Positions 25,231-36,765 of a stretch of DNA of 64,000 nt are shown here, piece by piece (within the stretch, counting starts at the first letter, position 1; each line of letters opens with the position of its first letter). Position numbers and translations under genes: made by a program. Below the pieces are notes generated by a model. The model was not told the origin of the DNA. It did no database searches and saw nothing but the letters and a program-made list of their open reading frames with translations. Origin of the DNA: Octopus sinensis (Eukaryota); NCBI RefSeq assembly GCF_006345805.1, contig NC_043000.1, positions 128,464,001-128,528,000 of the forward strand, given 5' to 3'.

Positions 25231-27239
25231 CGTATATACTCCAGTGTCACTGGTATGCCTTTGAGCATAGGTCCTTCCAATCAGAAGTGAGCTTAAACGA
25301 CAACAACCGCAGTGTTACATAGCTGACCTGTACATCTCATGGCAATGTCGTACATCTTTTGAACTGCGTATATTTCATGAAGATGACTTGTGCATTCATA
25401 CTATCCATTCAGGTATTGTAAATACTTCACGATGACCTTACTTTAACACACCTCATGGGGTGTATATATTTTACGGCTATATATTACATTTTTATAGCAT
25501 TTATTACAATAATAATTCCATAAAAATACGTTAACAATAAATAAACGGCAATATTACAATACGCACAGACACATAAGTGTACAAATGTGCCTTTCTTCCA
25601 AGAATAGTGATTTGCAGGAATCTATTAAAAAGAAACTATTAAATTTGTACACACAAGACTGTAAACAATCCATATTTGATACGTCTATAATTCCTATTGA
25701 AGAAATTATATATAGCAAAGTGATTTCTTTCACGGTACATTCACAATAAAACTGGATCTACTCTTTGAAAATCGGTCAAGGTTTGCAAATACGATTATTA
25801 TTACCTCGCATTTTCTTCAATGACTAAAAACCCATCGATCTACCTCACCCAAAATACTTGTTCATTGTTACATTCAGTTTCGATTTTTAAAAATACATAT
25901 ATTTTGGTCTAGTTCTTTATTTTTTCTTTCTAGTGAATATTTTAAAGAATCCTAACTCCAGTCAACATTCGGAAAGTTTTGCAAATTTTGCCATCAATCA
26001 AATGGATTTCGAGAATTCGAATCAATAGCTATCCAAAATTCCTTTATGTAGACATTGAGAAACATAATCAATTGCTCCAAATGATTATTGTAACAAATTT
26101 AATTTATGATCAGAATACCATAACTTCAGGTCGTACATGAATGAAGCTTATAGCCATAGATACTCTCTTTCTCACAGACTTTAAGATGACACTCACACCT
26201 GACATTCACAACTGATCTTTAAACCAGTACATAAATGTCATTTTCTGTTCCCGAAAACGAATATTTGGTGTGTTATACGAACCAAAGGCTTAATGTTACT
26301 TTGTATTATATAAAACCATGATGCAAGTGTTCATGCATTGCTAAGTAATAAATACACTGGTCTAATTCAGTTGACTATACATCCTCCACCGCTAACCTGG
26401 AGAAGCGTAGATTGTTTTTGCTAATTAGTTAAGTGTAAAAGAATAAGCACCTTTAACTTTCCTTTTTAGGGCTACCATGATTGGTGGGAAGCAGACCTGA
26501 CTCCCGAATGCTTGCAACAAAATGAAGCGGAGGAGATAGAGTCAATTAAATCGACTCGCATATTTTCTTCTTTCTCCTTTTCATTGGTTCTCATGGAATA
26601 TAAAATTAACTCGACTTCAACAAATTTTAAACTCACAACGCAATGAGTCAAATTTCCTACGATTTACAATATTCTACGGATTTTAAATAAAACGAAATGA
26701 TCACTGGTTTGGAAAGTATCTGGATCTCATCCAATTTTACCACTCCAAAACAGTAGCATTGTCTATCATCGAAGGACATCCTCTTTGGAGTTGTGTATGT
26801 GTGTGATATTTCCACATTTTCGACCCAAAATCTTTTATGAAAGTCCTAACTGGAAATATATAGAAAATAAAAAAAAAAAAAAGAAAAATACTTTCAAAAC
26901 TAAATTATAAAAACAAAAAACGACAACTGTTTAAACAATTTCTCGGAAATATTTAATATTTCCTACATATATAACAAGCAATACTTTGAGCGAAAGAACG
27001 AGGGAGCCTTTCTATGTGCTCGCTTGACTGCCAAATCTTCACGACTATCTTAAAAAAGAAGGACGCGAGTCAAAACGGGAGACTCTACGAGGTCACTCGA
27101 CCAGCTAGAAATGGTAGTCAAATTTCCCATTGTAACTCACACCATATCGTCTGAAGGAAGGACCCATTGGACAATGTAGTCTTTGAATACAACCTCATCT
27201 TCCCCACAGAAAAGAGACAAAAAAAACAAACAAACAAAA

Positions 27240-27400
27240 GACGAAGACAGGTGTGTAAACAACAAACAGCTGTATTAGTTTAACGCTCGGGAAATGAGAA
27301 AGTCTTTTATGTTTCGAGCCTACGCTCTTCAACAGAAAGGAACACAGAAATAAGCAGAGAGAAAATAAAAAAGGTTTAGTAGCTAGCGGTCAATCATATA
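27240..27400 (-). mobile_element. Penelope-like pseudo-LTR remnant carrying a variant minimal hammerhead motif
   Basis: Minus strand CTTT-CTGTTGA-A-GAGC-GTAG-GCTC-GAAAC-ATA-AAAG (27339-27304). Similar layout at 46930-47030. Confidence 0.55.
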
Positions 27401-27719
27401 TATATATGAAGTGCATAGCGTTCGACCGTAACAGATTTTGTTAGTAAAATGTGGGGGTTATATTGACTCTTGGCCTCTAAAATTGGATTTTCGCCTAGTT
27501 AACAATAACAACAACATCTATGAATAATTGATTAATAATATCAGATTAGTAGATAGAGTCCAATGTCTACATTTCCCCACTCTTCATAAAAAAAGGACCT
27601 TGTATACCATAACCTCGCAGAATGCTTTCACGCAATCTTGTGTGTACACATGTATGTAAGTGTGTGTGTATGTATGTATGCATATATATGTATGTATATA
27701 TACTTATACATGTGCATTA

Positions 27720-27750
<31 letters not shown>

Positions 27751-28779
27751 CATGTATATATTATATTTGTGTGTATGCATGTATCTATATATATGTATGT
27801 ATACATGTATATATATTATATATATATACACATGTAAACATATATGTATAGATATATATGTGTGTGTGTGTATGCATCTATCTCTCTCTCTATATATAGA
27901 TGCATACACACACACACATATATATGTATGTATGTATATATGTGCGTATGTCTAAGTGTATAGATAACGCCCACGCAACTGTTTATCGTACGATACGAAG
28001 AGCCAATAGTTTTCCCCCCTCCGCTCTCTCCCCCACAAATACAGACACCAATGAAAGCAAATTCTGACATGAATGGCGGACTACACCACACATATGCGTT
28101 ACACACATTTTCCTTTCATGAATGAAATGGAAATTATTTGGAGCGAAGGAAAACTACTCCCAGCTGTTAATGACGATCTGGGTAGATGGAGAGGGGTGAG
28201 GGTAATGGTGGTGATGATGGTGGCGGGATGATGGGTCAAAGAATGAATGATGTGGGTTGTTTGTGTGTGTGAAAGGTGGGTAATAAATCAATCGGTTTAT
28301 TCAGTTATTATTATTATTATTATTATCCATTCATAATCATTATAACAATGATTATGACGTTGATATAGATGCTTGGGGTGGGTGTTATAGGGGGCGTTAG
28401 CTATTCACGAAGCGATGGTGGTGATGATGAGAAGTAGCGGAACGGAGGAGGAAGAGGAGGAGTAACAGATAGTGTTATGGAGCTATTCGTAAATAGGTTA
28501 GTATTAGTGATTGACTTAGTTCAGGTGAGGATGATGATGATAAGGTGGTGATAGTAGTAGTATGCGGTGTTTGGCAATTCAGGTCGTGGTGTAGTAGTGG
28601 AAGTGGGGGAGCGGGCGCATTCATGGTAGTTGTGATAGCAGTAAAAAGCAATTGTATAGTATGAGTGAGGGGCTTTTTTTTTTCCATCGTAATTTTTATA
28701 TTTGGTACCAGTGTTGCATGCGAGAAAGGTATATCTAATTAATTAAAAAAATCTACTACTGTTACTACTACTTATAATA

Positions 28780-29440
28780 ATAATAATGAGTTCAAATTTT
28801 GGCACAAGGCCAGCAATTTTGGAAGAGGGGGGTAAGTCGATTACGCCGACCCCCGTGCTCAACTGGTACTTATTTTATCGACCCCGAAAGGATGATAGGA
28901 AAACGCAGAACGTAAAGGCAGATGAAATGCCGCCGTTTTGCCTGACGTGCTAACGATTCTGCCAGCAACAACAATAACAATCCCTTCTGCTATAGGCACA
29001 AGGCCTGAAATTTTGAGGGAGGGCTTAAGTCGATTACATCGACCTTAGTGTTTCACTAGTACTTAATTTATCGACTCTGAAAGGATGAAAGGTAAAATTT
29101 CGTCCAGAGTGCTAATGATTCTGCTAGCTCGCCACTTGAATAATAATAATAATCCTTTCAGCTGGAGGCACAAGGCCTCAAATTTGTGGGGAGCGTACTA
29201 GTCGATTACATCGACTCCAGTGCGTAACTGGTACTTAATCAACCCCGAAAGGATGAAAGGCAAAGTCGACCTCGGCGGAATTTGAACTTAATAATAATCC
29301 TTTCTTCTATAGGCACAAGGCCTGAAATTTGGGGGGGAGGGGACTAGTTGACCACAATGTTTCACTTGTATTTAATTTATCGACCCCGAAAGGATGAAAG
29401 GCAAAGTCAACTTCGACGGAATTTGAACTCAGAACGTAAG
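28780..29440 (-). mobile_element. Array of four Nin-type SINE copies or fragments joined by (AAT)/(AAC) tails
   Basis: Four repeats of GGCACAAGGCC...GTCGATTAC...TTTATCGACCCCGAAAGGATGA. Confidence 0.85.
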
Positions 29441-30346
29441 CTGCAGTGTGTGTGCATGGAAAACTCGGAAATGAAAGCTTAATCTATACAACACCGCCAG
29501 CCTTTCCTTACATCAACCATCACTTTCCCTAAAACTCATACCTAACGCCGTCTCCTACACCAAAGACTTCTCTCTCGGCATTCCTCCTAAACTTATGAGA
29601 CATGGAAAGAGAAAGTAAAATAGCAAAAGGAAGTAAGAAAGAGCACCGAAAGAGCTGGAATGGAAATAGAAAGGCTAAGTGTGATGTGAGAATAAGAGAG
29701 ATGGAGGGAGTGTTACCTTCATTCGTTAATAGTAAAAATACCAGAACCAAAACAATATGAATACCCCAAATTGCAATTTCCATTCACAAAACGCATGTCT
29801 AGTCAATGGTAATTGTTTACAAAATGCATTATCTATGCACCAGCCCATCACATCTAATTAATCCAAATGGTATAGACAGATTATATAGGATTAACAGTAA
29901 ATAAATTTAAGATTAGCGACTATCAGTAAAGTTATTCCTTTAGAACATTATGAAAAATGATTCGATTTAAGCTAAGCGATAACATAACTGGTTTCTGGAA
30001 GTAAAAAAAAAATGATTTACTCTTCAATATTAGATGATGCATTTTAGTCGAAGCAGCACCATATACACTTAACTCATTCTGTAGTATATGAGAAACTCTC
30101 ACATTTTATAACATCATACTGTAAAACACTGAATAAATATACGAAGCTATTTTCTTCATTCTCTAATATGAGAAAATACTTTCCTAGCGTAATGGCACCC
30201 CACCAACTGTATCCTGTAATATCATGACACAAGAATTTTTCTTTTCTTTTTAAAAACTGTTTAAAATCTTATCTGTTGAAAGATACATTTAAATAATAAA
30301 TTTTAATATATATCTATCTATACGGGTGGAACTACAAAACCTACTC

Positions 30347-30396
30347 CACATTTATCTGACGAGTCATGCAATGGCGAAACTCCACGTTGTAATGTG
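30347..30396 (+). ncRNA. Candidate type I hammerhead ribozyme with intact catalytic core
   Basis: CTGACGA (30356-62), stem II GTCA/TGGC around loop TGCAA, GAAA (30376-79), helix III AC/GT around TCCAC, triplet GTT, helix I CACATTTAT/GTAATGTG with one bulge. Confidence 0.6.
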
Positions 30397-32680
30397 ACTA
30401 TGTAATATCTATTCATCTCTATCCGTCTGTCGGTCTCTTTCACGTGTGTATATGAGTGTTTGTACTTCTTTCCTCAATCAACTGATGTATACAGTCAACC
30501 AAAAAGACAGTTTGGAAGGAACCTTTGCTTCAATTTTTAATCTTGTTTATTTTACTTCAAGCACACACAAAACAAATGTTCATACATCCACACAATAGAT
30601 TCAAAAGGCGTGTACATAGTATCGTCTCGTATCCACGTCTCTTAGCTGAAAGAGTACGTTTTATATAGACACTATAAAAAACGTACTTTCGTTCAATTCT
30701 CATCATACTAAACACACAAATGTATATCAATGACAAAAAGCCATGTGGATATGATACAGAATATAGAGGGCTGTTTATGTTCTGAATTCAAATTGAACCT
30801 GGAACCATGTGGTTGTAAATAGAACTTCCTAACCATAAAGCCGTGCATTAATATAGCTTTTCTTGGCTTTCACAACCATCAAAGAAACATTTGTTTGAAC
30901 CCTTACAGTTGTGAAAAAAAAAGACAAATAAATGACAACTTTTAACTTGACTAAGCAAAAATGATAGAAAAAATGTAGAAAACTATTAAAATTTAATTTC
31001 TAATTTTGAAATGATGCAAAATAAAATCCTCCAGTCTTTATTCCGAAACACTTTATAATACAAGAGTCTCTAAAATGTGTTGAACACAAAATATAGTATA
31101 CGAAAGCAGAATTCGTTAGTTTCAATTCATAATCCGTTATCTTCCACTCACCTGATGACTTCCGGTACACGTCTGCACACTCACGAACACACATACACAG
31201 ACACATGTGTATGGCGTGTGTGTGTGTGTATGGGGGAGGGGGCAGTGTGTATGCATGGTGGGAGACATGGAGAAAGAGGAGAGGAGGGATAGAGTGAGTG
31301 AAAAACTAGGTGGAGGTGGCGGAGTAGAAAGTGTGGGCAGCAAGCAACATGTCATTTGATCAACTTTATCGATATTGGAGGTGAGATATTCTTTTTCTTG
31401 TTTTTGTTCTACTTTATATTTTTCATTTTATGAATGAACGGATGGTGGCGTTAGAGAGAGAGATAGAAAGTGAGAAAGAGAGAGAGGGGAAAATATAAGT
31501 AGGTGCATAATAATAGACGGTCTCGTGCCACCTTCCTCCTCCTCCTTATAGCTCTTGAACTCCACACACGCACACACTGTTGTTGGTTTCGTTCATTGAT
31601 GAAACGTTATTAATAAAAAGAGAAACAATGGCTGATAACAACAATAACAACCCAATAAAATAGCTGTTTCAACAGCCGCGTTTGGTACGTAACACTGAAA
31701 GTGGCGGCAGCAGTGGTGGTGGTGGTGGTATTGTCTTTTTTTTTTTTTTTACTGATGGTCGTGGTATTTTTAGTGTAGGTGGTAGTAGTTAGTGATTTAC
31801 GTAGTAGTATTGCTGATGATGATTATCGTTACGGTTATATTATTAGTAAATGGTGTCGTTTGTTTAGCCTCTCATCAAGCAGGCCGATGATCAAAAGCGT
31901 TAAGGTCTCGAACCTCTCGTCTTCTATACAAACACTATACACTATACATATCTACTATAGGACCACATATAAAGGGGCTGTTGTGGTAGCAGACCACGAA
32001 ACACGGTTGTAATTCCTCCTACTATAGGACCACATTATGTAATGTGTGATGACAGTTAGGCTGCTATTTCTAGCAGGTCGAACGACCAAATAGTAGTACT
32101 TATTTAACCCTAGGTCAACACTGATGGAACACCAATGATGAAAGATATTCCAATCGCAAGCATCGTCTTTTCTTTTTTTCCCTTATGTGCGGGGAACCCA
32201 GCAACTACACAATCAATCCAGCGAGTTAGTTTTAAGACGACAGGGTGTGTAATTTGCGGGAGATTTAACTGCTTTTTTATACCAGGTTCAGTGACCAGGT
32301 AAGAGGCTCTGTCGTTATCTCGCACGTACTAGACTTATGGTGCTGTTAGTGCGTGGGTGGTAGCGGCAGTAGTAGTGATTTTGTAGTTTGTATAATAGTA
32401 CTAATTATGGTGGTGGGGAATGGAATGAATACTGCTATTGTGCCCTTGTCCTCCATTATTATTATTATTATTATTATTATTTCAGTGATATGAGAGACTG
32501 GACTTTGGCTACTATTATTTCTAACAGGTCGAAAGACCATACAGCCTGTATTGATACGTTGTAGTAATGTTGGTAATGATAGTAGGGGAAGTAGTAGTAG
32601 TAGTAACAGTTGTCTAAGATATTTACGAAATATTAAACACAACACATTTACTTAATATAGGTGCGCGCGTGCGTATATTG

Positions 32681-32712
<32 letters not shown>

Positions 32713-33279
32713 TGCGGGAGTGAGACAGAAAAAGATAAAATGTGTATGAAAAAGGAAGAGAGACATGAGAGAGAGAATATTGGAAATACCTTTTAATGAT
32801 TATATGTCTTTGACACATTTTTAAAATATTGATTTATTCCGCTGGTGGCTGGGAGTGTGTGGCGTGTATAGTAAATAGAATCGAACATACCACTCCCACC
32901 TCCCATATCTAAACACAATTTCTTTATCGAACGCGGAGAGACAAAAGACAAAATCATTTCTGGGTGAAGTTCGAACGAAAAACGCTAAGTGACCGGTAAA
33001 TTGCTGTACTGTGTTCAGTCGGTGTCGCGTCCCCATTTCGTCACTACACCGCCTCTACACGTTTATAAAATATATAAAAAAACATTGCTTGTTAGTGAGA
33101 AAGCTCGCACCATAGTAAAAACAATCATTAAGCCAAGAGACTTTACGTGATCGCCCAATATGCTAGAAATAGCAGCCGAATCCCTTAAATCAAACTCCTA
33201 CGGTTTAAAAATTTTCGTCAAAAATAAATTGGAAAATGGTAGTAGTTGTAAATCGTTAATAAAAATGACAGATTGGTCG

Positions 33280-33485
33280 GGGCTAACGAGCCTTTGATGA
33301 CAGAAGTTGTTCGAACAGAAACACACTACCACTAGTCGTCAAGCAGTGCTGGGGGACAGACACAAACGCAAAAACAAACATACGAGCTTCTTTCAGCTTC
33401 CGTCTACCAAATCCACTCACAAGACTATAAATAGGACTAAACCAGGGATCATGTGGCTGGGAAGCGAACTTCTTATCACACAGCC
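33280..33485 (-). mobile_element. tRNA-derived SINE with internal deletion
   Basis: Reverse complement of GGCTGTGTGATAAGAAGTTCGCTTCCC...GTGAGTGGATTTGGTAGACGGAAGCTGAAAGAAGC. Confidence 0.8.
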
Positions 33486-33944
33486 AGCCACACACACATG
33501 TGGTATGCAGTTGGTTTTCAAACTTCACGTAAAAAATGCAACTAATGCGTAGCTGAAAGGTAGCCCATTCTTCCTTGATCCAGGAATACCATCACGCTAC
33601 TTGCTTCTAGATCCGAAATTCTCAGCAAATGTAAGCATATGGGCAAATTCCTTTTAGCGAACTGGAGGAAACCAACCTTTCCACATTGAGCGGCCCCCTC
33701 GCAGATTTTGGACCCCATCCCATCGAATTCTTCCACAACTAGTTTAATGACTTCTGTTGTCAAAGGGGACGTAACTCTAATTTCCTTTCTTTACATGGTT
33801 CCCTTCTCAATCTACTTTTTGCATCAGCCTTCTCACAGTTTCTCGTTTAACAGTATCCTGATTTTCAAATAGCACTATGAGCTCAGAGCTCGAGGATTGC
33901 TTGGAGACACAAGCACGTTATAAAACCTGCTGAACCAAGTATCA

Positions 33945-34023
33945 GAAAGAAACCAAAACACATCAATAAGACATTTTAACAGAATTCTGTTAAAATATCT
34001 TATTGATGAGTTTGGTTTCTTTC
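33945..34023. repeat. Near-perfect 79-nt palindrome (40/39-nt arms, no spacer)
   Basis: GAAAGAAACCAAAACACATCAATAAGACATTTTAACAGAA|TTCTGTTAAAATATCTTATTGATGAGTTTGGTTTCTTTC, centred on GAATTC at 33982-33987. Confidence 0.95.
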
Positions 34024-34027
34024 CTTC

Positions 34028-34105
34028 TTTCTCTGATGAGAAGATTACATTGTTTTATTCCTTTTGGAATAATGCCAATGTTGTCTTCAAAACATATGTC
34101 GGAAG
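34028..34105 (+). ncRNA. Type I hammerhead ribozyme motif with extended stem II; core G12 mutated to A
   Basis: CTGATGA (34033-39), 49-nt stem II hairpin (34040-88), AAAA in place of GAAA (34089-92), palindromic helix III ACATATGT, GTC triplet (34098-100), helix I TTTCT/GGAAG. Confidence 0.75.
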
Positions 34106-34221
34106 TAAAAGAATTTGAATAACACCTGTGTTTAACTCCATTTATATATATATATATATATATATATATGTTTGGTTAAAAAAAAAAAAGTGATCATGTA
34201 CATACTTCCTGGCTGTTGTGA

Positions 34222-36765
34222 TTATAACACCTCATTGTAAACAATGTTCCTTGTTTTTCCTTGTGGAACATATGCAAAGAGGTTTCTTTTCCTTCCCACT
34301 CTTGAGTAGCCAATATACAGTTGTCCATGCGAGAAGCAGGGCACTTCCAAAATAAGACCAAGTACAGAGAGGGTTTGACCCTGTGATTTGTTAATGGACA
34401 TGGCAAACTGACATGAAGGGGGAATTGCAGGCTTCTGAATTTCTGCTCCTGATGGACTAAGAGGAATTCTTGGAATTAATTTTTCTCATTTCCCCATCTC
34501 ATACATTACTTTTTCCACATCCAGAAAAAATGATAGCCATGATAACCTGTGACATCATTTTCTTTATCACCAGTCGTGCTCCATTGCAAAGTCTTAGCGG
34601 TTCCAGATTGTGGAGTAGCATTACAGGATTTCCAACTTTAAGTGCTAATATGTGGGGAGGTAGTCCAGGAGGCTCCAACAAATTGAGAAATTCATGAGGA
34701 TAGTTCACCACTTCCTTTTTATCTGGAATTTTATCAACAGACTTGTAAGTGTGAAGAGTGCTGGGAAGAGAATGTATTAGCTGTTGATTTATTTTTGTAA
34801 CAGTGACATTTTTTGGAGCTAATTGTGATTTTGGTAGTTTCCTGTGAAGTTGGGAAAGACTTTGTGTTTGAGCTCATCTACAGAATTAACAACTGTGGAA
34901 AATGGCCACACTTCCATTTCTCCTGCAGTGTCAAAGGGCACCTTGCCATCACCAAGTGTCAAAATGTCCTGAGCAAACTTTGTGGACATTTGGTTGCTGT
35001 GTAGCTGAGCTCTCATGTTAGTGGTAAAACTGAGGATTGTAACATGATGCCACAGGGTAGAGGACTTTAGGCATGCTTGGACCTCATTTGCCTGAAATAA
35101 CCTGACAACAGAAGCGTTACACCTCCCATTGGAGCCTGACAGTCTTGGATGTCTTTCAGGGCTCTATCTAATGCTTCCAAAGCTCCCTTGTGAGCCATGG
35201 TGTACTCATCCCACACGATTAGATGACACCTTTTAAGTACCTGCCCCTGATCTGAGCTTTTGTTGATGTTGCATGAAGGCATCTCAGATGCTGCTAAATT
35301 GAGAGGGAGTTTAAAAGTCTAGTGTGCTGTCCTGCCACCGGGTAACAAAGTAGCTGCAATCCTAGAGGAAGCCACAGCCACCACAATATCCTGGTGCTGC
35401 CTAACTTCTGCAAGGAGAAGCTTTGTAATAAATGTTTTCCTGTCACTCCTGGAGCATACAGCAAGAAGATTTGTCCCTTGCATTGGTGTACACTGTTAAG
35501 AATATTTCTGTAGGCCTGCAGCTGCTCTCAAAGTAATTTTGGCGTCATAGGATGTTTCATGAATGGCAGCAGTGGGAAGGCTATTTGACCCTGACCTGAA
35601 AGTTTGTGGCAGGCCATATGTGGACAATTCATTTCCACCCAGTGTAGCAATTCTGTCATTAATGTCAATGAGAGTTTTGTTGTAGACTTCATTGCTGATA
35701 CCCTCCATGTCAGGATAGAGCAGTTGAGCTTGCCGCTTCAGCCAGGTTGTTTCTGTATTTGAACAATAGAGAGGCAGGATCACACAGTTTGCAGATCTGT
35801 AGTAATACTGCAAATAGTCCCCTGAGACTTTTAAGTGATTCCGACACAGCAGCCTCTCCCAAGGTTGCATCCCATTGTGCATCATCTTCTAACAGTCCTT
35901 GTCGAGAGCAGGCTTCTCTGTATGTTGTGCAGACATGTCTATGAACGGTTTTTAGGGCTTGGAAACACGTTGGCCCTCTGACCTCATGTAGTAGTAGATG
36001 AAGCTAGAAGCACTCTTGTTGAGTGGGATGCACTGAGTATACTCGCCCAAGGCAAATGTCAAACTTAATGTCAGGGTATCCATGAACATTTTTATCTGCT
36101 TTCCTTGGGGCCCATTTTTTTCCATTCCAAGTGTAGTACAATGGAATCTGTGGATACAGCAAGGTTTGAGTGAATGGATCAACTTGACAAAGCTTGAAGA
36201 ATGCAGTGAGTGTGCTCTCCTTTAGTTCCTCTGCCAACAGAGAAGCATTAGCATTGGTGAAGTACACCCTTTGACCTTTTCCAGGTGCACTGCAAGCTGT
36301 TGAATGGCGGGGGTGTTGTTGTTAAAGTAGAATGCCAAAGATGCGCCGGAAAGCCTCGTTGCTACTTATGTACCATCCCACCTGATAGTGCGTCACCTGA
36401 TCCTGGCAGTATTCTAGTTGAAGTCCAAACATTGCAGCGTCAGAACCCTTGTTCACATACTTACAAATGTACATTATGGACTTTGCAACAATCAACGTTG
36501 ATGTGGGCATTGAAAGTCTTTGACAGGAGTGGGCAGTAGGGAACAATCCATCGATTATCAAACTCATACTGTCCAACAGTTGCTGTTAAACCACCATCTT
36601 CTGGTTTTCTCCGTCTGTATGATGGATACCCATCAGCATCTGTCTGAGTTTCTTGTAGCAACCTCCTTAGAAACCCTTTTGAACATACGCTGTCTTTCAA
36701 GCATGGTGAGTTTATGTTGAATCCACGCCCACATAGACCATGCACCATGTTTGCCATAACTATTT
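34222..36765 (-). mobile_element. Decayed Helitron RepHel gene (C-terminal Rep region plus whole Pif1-like helicase), frameshifted
   Basis: Rep-region motifs DGYPSYRRR, DNRWIVPYCPLLSKTFNAHINV, KYVNKGSD, YISSNEAF. Helicase motifs APGVTGK, VASSRIAATLLPGGRTAH, LIVWDEYTMAH, LLSGYFRQ, PPHILALKVG..MLLHNL..LCNGARL, QFP..FAMSINKSQGQTL, FSHGQLY...SRV, TRNIVYNEVL* (stop 34222-24). Confidence 0.95.

Noticed and set aside
25934-26028. Strong acceptor followed by a 31-codon frame and stop (possible terminal exon)
   Set aside because: No upstream exons or homology; not distinguishable from chance.
26470-26560. Acceptor plus GYHDWWEADLTPECLQQ...
   Set aside because: The core sequence (GAATGCTTGCAACA) recurs near 46790 and runs into SINE sequence, so it is repeat-derived.
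33542-33763. GC-richer 73-aa minus-strand ORF with a possible 77-nt exon
   Set aside because: Weak acceptor, no recognisable family; may be a TE remnant.
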